Assembly (NCBI GenBank): GCA_963701185.1
Contig: OY969569.1
Span: 34,865 to 98,864, forward strand
Direction of reading: 5' to 3'
Length of the DNA stretch: 64,000 nucleotides
Source: Candidatus Gottesmanbacteria bacterium
Lineage (GTDB): Bacteria > Patescibacteriota > Microgenomatia > UBA10105 > UBA927
Shown here piece by piece: positions 57,286 to 64,000 of this stretch. Each line of letters opens with the position of its first letter. Within the stretch, counting starts at the first letter, position 1. The notes under the pieces are model-generated. The model saw only the letters and a program-made list of their open reading frames with translations. It did no database searches and was not told the DNA's origin. A program made the translations under genes and the position numbers.

Positions 57286-57753
57286 ATGGAACCAAACGGT
57301 AAAGTTCTCCTGACAAAAGAAGGTTTGCAGGAGCTTAAAAAAGAATATTCCGAACTGACCACGGTAAAGCGGCCCGTTGCGGTGCAGCGCCTTTCCGATG
57401 CCCGCGAGCTCGGAGATCTGTCCGAAAACAGCGAATATGCGGCAGCCAAACAGGATTTATCATTCATTGACGGACGGATTCTGGAACTTGAGGAAATTAT
57501 CCACGGCGCCAAACTTATTTCCGGAAACCACACGAAAAGCATGGTGGACGTGGGATGTAAAGTCATCCTGCATGTTGACGGTAAAAAAGAAGAGTTTATG
57601 CTGGTCGGCGAATGGGAAGCAGATCCTAAAGAGAAGAAAATCTCCCACGAGTCACCGCTCGGGAAGGCTCTCATGGGTAAAAAAGTCGGAGACCGCGTGG
57701 AAGTAGAGGCCCCGGCAGGTAAAATTCTCTACAAAATCCTCGGTATTGAGTAA
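57286..57753 (+). CDS. greA: Transcription elongation factor GreA (copy 2)
   Basis: GreA N-terminal coiled coil (GDLSENSEYAAAKQ) and C-terminal FKBP-like domain; 155 aa. Confidence 0.85.
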   Translation: MEPNGKVLLTKEGLQELKKEYSELTTVKRPVAVQRLSDARELGDLSENSEYAAAKQDLSFIDGRILELEEIIHGAKLISGNHTKSMVDVGCKVILHVDGKKEEFMLVGEWEADPKEKKISHESPLGKALMGKKVGDRVEVEAPAGKILYKILGIE

Positions 57754-57770
57754 CATGGTAGAATAAAACC

Positions 57771-59861
57771 ATGGCTACGATTGATGACCTCAGGAAGATG
57801 CGGCTCACCAAACTTGCGAAGCTGAAAAAGCTCGGCGCGGATCCGTACCCCGGGACGATCACACGAAAACAGACGATTGCAAAGGCACGGTCTCTCCAGG
57901 GACGCGATGTTGCGGTGGCAGGACGTGTGATGGGGATGCGCGGCCACGGGAAAATTGGATTTTGGGATATTACCGACGGGACGGGAAAAATCCAGATCTT
58001 CTATAAATCCGATAAAATTTCTGATTTAATCGATCTCGGAGATTTTGTAGCCGTTCAGGGGGCTGTTGATAAAACCAAAGTCGGTGAAGTCACGGTATTT
58101 GCAAAAAATTTCCAGATTATTTCAAAAGCCGTCCGGCCGCTTCCGGGCGAATGGAGCGGCCTCAAGGATATTGAAGAGCGCTACCGCCAGCGGTACGTGG
58201 ATCTGATCGTCAACCCCGAGGTCCGCGATATATTTCTCACGCGCAGCCGCGTCGTGACGTTTTTGCGTGCGTTTTTGGACAGCGACGGATTTATTGAAGT
58301 GGATACGCCCGTGTTGCAGCCGATTTACGGAGGGGCGCAGGCCAAACCGTTTGTCACCCATCACAACGCACTGGATGTGGACCTGTATCTTCGGATTTCC
58401 GATGAGTTGTATCTCAAACGGCTTATTGTCGGCGGGTTTGACCGCGTGTATGAGATCGGCCGTGATTTCCGCAACGAAGGAATCGACCGGGCACACAACC
58501 CGGAGTTTACGATGCTCGAGTTCTACTGGGCCTATGCCGATTACGAAGACCTCATGAAATATACGGAGACGATGATTTCAAGCCTGGTGAAGGAACTGAA
58601 GGGATCGTATAAGGTGATGTTTCAGGGAACGGAACTGAATTTTGCAGCGCCCTGGCCGCGCACGTCCTACCGCGATGTCGTCCTCCAGTATTCCGGCATC
58701 GATATCAACGAATCTGATGATGAGAAAAAATTACTGGCGGCGGTGAAAGCGAAAAAAATTAAACTGGATTTGACCGGCGTTGTCGGGTACGGGGCACTCT
58801 TAGATACATTATATAAGGCAACGGCGCGGCCGCATTTAACCGGCCCCATGTATTTAACCGACCGGCCGACCGCATTTGTCGCTCTTGCCAAACGGCTTCC
58901 CAAAGATCCTACCAAAACCGCATCGTTCCAGCTGTTGGTCGCCGGCAAGGAAATGCTCAACGCATATAACGAACTCAACGATCCGGAAGATCAGGCGGCC
59001 CGTTGGCATGAGTCGGAAAAACTCGGGGCGAAAGGACAAACCGAACATGAAGCGTTTGACGAGGATTACATCCGTGCACTTGAATACGGCATGCCGCCGA
59101 CTGCCGGCTGGGGATTGGGTATCGACCGCCTCGTTTCCATCCTCACTGACCAGCCGAATATCAAGGACGTCATTTTATTCCCGACACTCCGGCCGGAAGC
59201 GGATACGCATTCCGGACAACCTGAAAAACTCGTAAAAAATGAACCTGATGGAAAAAAACAGAGTATTGGCATGACATACAAAAACGCAGTTGTATTAATG
59301 AATGAATATATAAAAGAGCCAACAAATAAACTGCATTTGTATGAATCTGAGGCAATCATGCGGGCGCTTGCCCGTCACTTTCATGAAGATGAGGAGCAGT
59401 GGGGAATTATCGGATTATTGCATGATATAGACTGGGAACTTACAAAAGCAAACACAAAGCAACACTGTATTACATGTGTCGACATATTAAAAAACCACGG
59501 AGCGACAAATTATCTAATTGAAACAATACAGTCCCATGGATATGGACAAGGTTTTGGTGACGAATATTATGGTCCATCGGAATTTAAAGGGAAAATACGT
59601 ACGAGCCGGGTGCAGCATGCCTTGGCTGCGGCGGAAACATTGACGGGGTTAATCATTGCATCAACACTAGTCCAGCCGGATAGAAAATTATTAAGCCTGA
59701 AGCCGGAGTCATTAAAAAAGAAATTCAACAATAAAAAATTTGCCGCAAATTGCCGGAGGGAAATAATTCTTGAGTGTGAGCAAATTGGATTACCCATCGA
59801 TGAGTTTCTGTCACTGGGACTCAAAGCTCTTCAAGGAATCCACCAAAAACTCGGTTTATAA
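57771..59861 (+). CDS. lysS: Lysine--tRNA ligase (class II) fused to a C-terminal HD-domain phosphohydrolase
   Basis: Residues about 1-490 are canonical LysRS (OB fold, motif 2 FRNEG, motif 3 GLGIDRL); residues about 500-696 contain H..HD (ARHFHED...GLLHDIDWE), resembling YqeK/HD-type hydrolases. Confidence 0.85.
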   Translation: MATIDDLRKMRLTKLAKLKKLGADPYPGTITRKQTIAKARSLQGRDVAVAGRVMGMRGHGKIGFWDITDGTGKIQIFYKSDKISDLIDLGDFVAVQGAVDKTKVGEVTVFAKNFQIISKAVRPLPGEWSGLKDIEERYRQRYVDLIVNPEVRDIFLTRSRVVTFLRAFLDSDGFIEVDTPVLQPIYGGAQAKPFVTHHNALDVDLYLRISDELYLKRLIVGGFDRVYEIGRDFRNEGIDRAHNPEFTMLEFYWAYADYEDLMKYTETMISSLVKELKGSYKVMFQGTELNFAAPWPRTSYRDVVLQYSGIDINESDDEKKLLAAVKAKKIKLDLTGVVGYGALLDTLYKATARPHLTGPMYLTDRPTAFVALAKRLPKDPTKTASFQLLVAGKEMLNAYNELNDPEDQAARWHESEKLGAKGQTEHEAFDEDYIRALEYGMPPTAGWGLGIDRLVSILTDQPNIKDVILFPTLRPEADTHSGQPEKLVKNEPDGKKQSIGMTYKNAVVLMNEYIKEPTNKLHLYESEAIMRALARHFHEDEEQWGIIGLLHDIDWELTKANTKQHCITCVDILKNHGATNYLIETIQSHGYGQGFGDEYYGPSEFKGKIRTSRVQHALAAAETLTGLIIASTLVQPDRKLLSLKPESLKKKFNNKKFAANCRREIILECEQIGLPIDEFLSLGLKALQGIHQKLGL

Positions 59862-59870
59862 TTTACTAAC

Positions 59871-59886
59871 AATGAATCGATTCATT
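59871..59886 (+). promoter_or_regulatory. 16-bp perfect palindrome (AATGAATCGATTCATT) between lysS and rdgB
   Basis: Embedded in a roughly 30-bp imperfect palindrome; no T tract, so more operator-like than terminator. Confidence 0.3.
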
Positions 59887-59903
59887 AGTAGTAAATATTC
59901 CAT

Positions 59904-60527
59904 ATGAATACATTGTTAATTGCCACGACCAATCCCGGAAAGCTCGGGGAAATAAAAGAATTTTTATCGGATTTATCCGTGACGCTCGTCGGACTTTCTG
60001 ATGTGGGTATTACCGACTCGCCGGAGGAGACGGGAATCAGTTTTGAAGAGAACGCCATTTTGAAAGCAAAATTTTATGCGGAAAAATCCAACCTGCCCAC
60101 GCTGGCTGACGACGGGGGCTTGGAAATTGACGCGTTAAACGGCGAGCCAGGGGTCAAATCGCACCGCTGGATCCATGATGACCGCGAGGACACGGACGAA
60201 GAGCTTATCCGATACACGCTGGACCGCATGAAGGATATTATTGATGTCAACCGCGGGGCGCAGCTGCGGCTGGTATTAGCTCTGGTTATTCCCGGAGGGG
60301 AAGTCTTTACATCGGAGGAGAAAATCCGCGGCATTATTCCGCAGGAGGCATCCAAAAACCGCTGGAAGGGGTTTCCGTACCGGTCTCTCCTGTATTTGCC
60401 GGAAATCAAAAAATATTACAATCATGACGAATTGACCGTAACCGAGACGGAAACGTATAATCATAGGAAGAAGGCGCTGGAGATATTAAAGCCTATTTTG
60501 AAGCTGAAATTGACGGAGCAGGCATAA
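59904..60527 (+). CDS. rdgB: dITP/XTP pyrophosphatase (Ham1/RdgB family)
   Basis: IATTNPGKLGE N-terminus and the Ham1 fold pattern. Confidence 0.8.
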   Translation: MNTLLIATTNPGKLGEIKEFLSDLSVTLVGLSDVGITDSPEETGISFEENAILKAKFYAEKSNLPTLADDGGLEIDALNGEPGVKSHRWIHDDREDTDEELIRYTLDRMKDIIDVNRGAQLRLVLALVIPGGEVFTSEEKIRGIIPQEASKNRWKGFPYRSLLYLPEIKKYYNHDELTVTETETYNHRKKALEILKPILKLKLTEQA

Positions 60528-60739
60528 TTTAGTAGAATAAACATATTAACAAGTAAATAAAGGCGTTCTATGCCGAACTTTCCCTCGGCAGAGCTGCTTC
60601 TCGAAAACGGGCTAACGACTCGGTGAAGAGGAGACGGGTATTCCCGTTACAGATGGAGCATGAGTCCCGCGCTGCGGGAGAAGAAAAGTGGCACCACGAG
60701 ACACCTCGTCTTTTCATTAAGAAAAGGAGGTGTTTTTTT

Positions 60740-61378
60740 ATGGCAAAAATATATTTAATCAGGCACGGAGAATCCCTGGCAAATACCATGGGGATCTACC
60801 AGGGCCAGACATATGACACTAAGTTATCGCCGCTCGGAGTCCGGCAGGCTGATGCTGTTGGCCATAGACTTAAGCACGAAACTGTAAAACGTGTCATTAC
60901 GAGCCCTCTGACGCGTACACGGCAAACCGCGCGCGCGGTTGTCCAATTTCATCCTGTTGCCGCACATATTCACCGGCAGATTATGGAAACGAACCATGGA
61001 GATTGGGAAGGTAAACGTATTTCGGACATAAAACGCCGTTGGCCGGCTATATACAGGACATGGACAACAACACCGTCACAGGTACGGTTTCCGAACGGTG
61101 AAACATTTGACGATTTACAGAGGCGGGTTTGGGGCTGGTGGCTGGCAACAACTCCGGATTTCACCGTGCCGACCGTTATTGTTACACACGACAATATTAT
61201 CCGTATTATTCTTGCCGGCGTTTTGGGTATGCACGCTGACAGAATATGGAGTATTGAACTTCAGCCTGCAGGGATAACGATCGTTGATGTTACAAAAAGA
61301 AAAACGACGGTATTGGCTATAAACGATACCGGCCATTTGCGTGGTTTGGAGGCCAACCTTGCAAAGCACGCGCTTTAG
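60740..61378 (+). CDS. Histidine phosphatase (phosphoglycerate-mutase-like) family protein
   Basis: LIRHGES catalytic His motif; strong AAGGAGG RBS before the ATG at 60740; the longer ORF from 60623 lacks an RBS. Confidence 0.75.
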   Translation: MAKIYLIRHGESLANTMGIYQGQTYDTKLSPLGVRQADAVGHRLKHETVKRVITSPLTRTRQTARAVVQFHPVAAHIHRQIMETNHGDWEGKRISDIKRRWPAIYRTWTTTPSQVRFPNGETFDDLQRRVWGWWLATTPDFTVPTVIVTHDNIIRIILAGVLGMHADRIWSIELQPAGITIVDVTKRKTTVLAINDTGHLRGLEANLAKHAL

Positions 61379-61393
61379 CCGTATCCTAAACAT

Positions 61394-62626
61394 ATGTTAG
61401 ACATAAAATTTATCAGGGACAATCTGGAAATCTGTAAAACCGCGGCGAAGAATAAAAACCGCGATGTGGACTGGGATGGGCTTTTGACCCTTGATGATAA
61501 GCGGCGCGAGCTTATCGGCACGTCGGAAAAACTGCGTGCCCAAAGGAATACATTAACCCGCGAGGATGCTGCGCGCGGAAAATCCATCAAGCAGGAGCTG
61601 AAAACGATAGAAGAAGAATTACGAGGCGTTGAAGAAAAGTTCGGGCTCCTCATGCTCACCGTTCCCAATATTCCGGACAAAAGCGTACCGGTCGGTAAGG
61701 ACGCATCGGGCAACGTTGAAGTGAAAAAATGGGGCAAGGTGCAGAAGTTTACGTTCGAGGCAAAAGATCACATTGAACTTGCAAAATCTTTGGATCTTAT
61801 TGATTTTGAGCGGGGAGCAAAAGTCGGTGGGTCGCGCGCGTATTTCCTCAAGAATGAAGCGGCACAGCTGGAGTTTGCCGTCCTTTTTTATACCTTCAAT
61901 AAACTCGTTAAAAAAGGATATACGCCCATGATCGCACCCAGCCTGGTCCGTGATTTTACCCTTTTTGGCAACGGGCAGTTCCCGTGGGGCAGGGAAGAGG
62001 TCTATCATTTGGAAAAAGATGATCTGTATCTTGCCGGCACCGCGGAAGTACCTATGACCGCGTATTTTGCCAATGAAGTGCTGGATGAGAAAGATTTACC
62101 GAAGAAATTTGTGGCATTTTCGCCGTGTTTCCGCAAGGAAGCGGGAAGCTACGGGAAAGATACGAGAGGGGTCTATCGGCTACATCAATTTAACAAAGTT
62201 GAACAAGTAATTATTTCAACGAACGATATGAACAATTCCTTTACTCTTCATGAGGAGTTGTTGGCGAACGCAGAGGAAATTTTGCAGGATCTCAAGCTGC
62301 CGTACCGGGTACTTTTGATGTGCACCGGCGACATGGGTGAGCCGCAAGTGAAGAAGTATGATATTGAGACATGGATGCCGGGGCGAAAATCGTATGGGGA
62401 AACAATGTCCAATTCGGTGATGGGAGATTTTCAGGCCAGAAGGCTCAAAATCCGGTATAAGGCTAAAGACGGGACAATGCTGTTTGCCCATACGCTCAAC
62501 AATACCGCCATCGCCTCGCCGAGAATTCTCATCGCAATACTGGAGAATTATCAGCAAAAGGATGGATCGATTTTGATACCGGAAGTACTTCAATCATATA
62601 TCGGGAAAACGGTAATTGAAAAATGA
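61394..62626 (+). CDS. serS: Serine--tRNA ligase
   Basis: N-terminal coiled-coil arm, class II motifs (FRKEAGS, GETMSNS..). Confidence 0.9.
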   Translation: MLDIKFIRDNLEICKTAAKNKNRDVDWDGLLTLDDKRRELIGTSEKLRAQRNTLTREDAARGKSIKQELKTIEEELRGVEEKFGLLMLTVPNIPDKSVPVGKDASGNVEVKKWGKVQKFTFEAKDHIELAKSLDLIDFERGAKVGGSRAYFLKNEAAQLEFAVLFYTFNKLVKKGYTPMIAPSLVRDFTLFGNGQFPWGREEVYHLEKDDLYLAGTAEVPMTAYFANEVLDEKDLPKKFVAFSPCFRKEAGSYGKDTRGVYRLHQFNKVEQVIISTNDMNNSFTLHEELLANAEEILQDLKLPYRVLLMCTGDMGEPQVKKYDIETWMPGRKSYGETMSNSVMGDFQARRLKIRYKAKDGTMLFAHTLNNTAIASPRILIAILENYQQKDGSILIPEVLQSYIGKTVIEK

Positions 62627-63270
62627 GCCTTATTTCCTACATAGTTCCCCGGGCCGTTGCGCGGTATTCAAGCCCCTTTAACCGGGATATCCGTGTGTTG
62701 GAAGAAAAAGGGAAATACAAGATTCTGGTGAACGGGTCGCGTCAGTCCGGAGAATATGTGCAGAAGCTCTGGCAGCATGCGTTTTGCGAATTCGGCATCA
62801 TTCCGTCGCCGGACATACGGAAAATCCTTGTTCTCGGGGTGGCAGGCGGCACGGTTATCCACCTGACCAGCGAAATCTATCCTGACGCGGTGATCGACGG
62901 TGTCGACATTGACGAAAAGATGATAGGTATAGGGAAAAAATATTTCGGACTTGACCGTATTCGGGGATTACGATTGATAGTTTCGGACGCGAAAGCGTTT
63001 CTGGCAAAGGCAGTGCGCAAGCGTGAGCATTGGGACATGATTCTCGTTGATACACATGTCGGGTCCGAAGTGCCGGAATTCGTCAACAATGATCGGTTTC
63101 TGACAGACCTGCGCCGGACGCTCTCTCCCAGGGGGATAGCGATTGTGAATTATCTTCGCGAACTCAAATATCAGGAACTGTCGGAACAACTCAGGAAAAA
63201 ACTTAAAAAAATATTCAGGAACATAAGCGAAACGGATATCTACTTCAATAGGTTTTTTATGGTAAAATAA
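62623..63270 (+). CDS. Spermidine-synthase-like class I SAM-dependent methyltransferase-fold protein
   Basis: [34 protein letters not shown] Rossmann-like segment typical of spermidine/spermine synthase-like proteins. Confidence 0.55.
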   Translation: MSLISYIVPRAVARYSSPFNRDIRVLEEKGKYKILVNGSRQSGEYVQKLWQHAFCEFGIIPSPDIRKILVLGVAGGTVIHLTSEIYPDAVIDGVDIDEKMIGIGKKYFGLDRIRGLRLIVSDAKAFLAKAVRKREHWDMILVDTHVGSEVPEFVNNDRFLTDLRRTLSPRGIAIVNYLRELKYQELSEQLRKKLKKIFRNISETDIYFNRFFMVK

Positions 63271-63274
63271 GCCG

Positions 63275-64000
63275 ATGTTAAAGTTCCTGGGAAAATTTCT
63301 TGACAGCAACGAAAAAGAAATTACACGCCTCAGAAAAACGGTCGACGCCATTACTTCATTGGAACCTACGATCAAAAAACTGAAGGATACGGATTTTGCA
63401 AAAAAAACCGCGGAGTTTAGGCAGCGGTTGGAGCATGGGGTCCCGCTGGACGAGATGCTTCCCGAAGCGTTTGCCCTGGTACGGGAAGCGGCCCTCCGCA
63501 CGATAGGCCAGCGGCATTTTGACGTTCAGCTGATGGCCGCCGCTACCCTTCACAACGGGAAAGTCGCAGAGCAAAAGACGGGAGAGGGGAAAACGCTTTC
63601 CGCCATCCCTGCACTGTATCTTAATGCGCTTGCCGGACAGGGAACGCACCTTGTGACGGTTAACGATTACCTCGCGCGCCGTGACGCCGGCTGGATGGGC
63701 CCGATTTTTCACCTCCTTGGTATGAGGACGGCGGCAATGATCAGTGAACAGTCATTTCTCTATGATCCGGAGCATGAAGATACAACTGCGACAGACGGAC
63801 GATTGAAACATTTAAAACCGATTACGAGGAAACAGGCATACGAAGCGGATATAACGTATGGCATCAACAGCGAATTCGGATTCGATTATCTGCGGGACAA
63901 TATGGTGTCGGACATTTCCCAGGTCGTTCAGCGGGGCAATTACCACTATGCGGTCGTGGACGAGGTGGACTCGGTCCTGATTGATGAGGCTCGGACGCCT
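63275..64000 (+). CDS. secA: Protein translocase ATPase SecA (N-terminal part; runs off the window)
   Basis: [16 protein letters not shown]...[24 protein letters not shown] (Walker A) ...[10 protein letters not shown] canonical SecA N-terminus; not in the ORF track because no stop lies within the window. Confidence 0.9.
   Translation, partial: MLKFLGKFLDSNEKEITRLRKTVDAITSLEPTIKKLKDTDFAKKTAEFRQRLEHGVPLDEMLPEAFALVREAALRTIGQRHFDVQLMAAATLHNGKVAEQKTGEGKTLSAIPALYLNALAGQGTHLVTVNDYLARRDAGWMGPIFHLLGMRTAAMISEQSFLYDPEHEDTTATDGRLKHLKPITRKQAYEADITYGINSEFGFDYLRDNMVSDISQVVQRGNYHYAVVDEVDSVLIDEARTP

Overview
The window looks like a gene-dense, mid-GC (about 50%) bacterial chromosome segment with the hallmarks of a reduced CPR/Patescibacteria-like genome. 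Those hallmarks are short aminoacyl-tRNA synthetases (AspRS of 458 aa without the GAD insertion, GluRS of 438 aa), a TRAM-less MiaB, an Obg lacking the C-terminal TGS domain, and many Pro/Thr-rich linker proteins. Several apparently leaderless promoters are consistent with this but are my inference. The core genes cover translation and housekeeping: miaB-miaA, rnpB, secDF, cca, recJ, aspS, gltX, era, obg, two greA paralogs, lon, lysS, serS and a secA start. There is a complete Fe-S cluster block, sufCBD-Rieske-sufS-sufU-ferredoxin, followed by a 2-oxoacid:ferredoxin oxidoreductase (korAB). A tRNA-Gln(CUG) is also present. The open-reading-frame track misses three elements that I can support from the sequence: an RNase P RNA on the minus strand (about 4262-4603), a 47-aa zinc-ribbon gene (4677-4820), and a frameshifted helix-turn-helix gene (43077-43329). 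Three regions look like accessory DNA. The first is an AT-rich stretch of about 1.4 kb next to tRNA-Gln, preceded by a 17-bp duplication of the tRNA 3' end, carrying a PIN-like protein and a DUF1653 protein. The second is a class II Fic protein preceded by a 10-bp tandem array. The third is an AT-rich defence island of about 7.5 kb (47.1-54.5 kb) with a membrane-anchored Mrr-like endonuclease, an MmeI-like type IIG restriction-modification enzyme, a KTSC protein, an OLD-family ATPase-TOPRIM nuclease, a Cas4-like Fe-S nuclease and a DUF3800 protein. The OLD plus Cas4-like pair is a candidate defence module I have not seen described as a pair. Separately, LysRS carries a C-terminal HD-domain phosphohydrolase fusion. 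Two reading-frame breaks both fall in long homopolymers. Every call below rests on reading the six-frame translations and the DNA by eye. No database searches were run.
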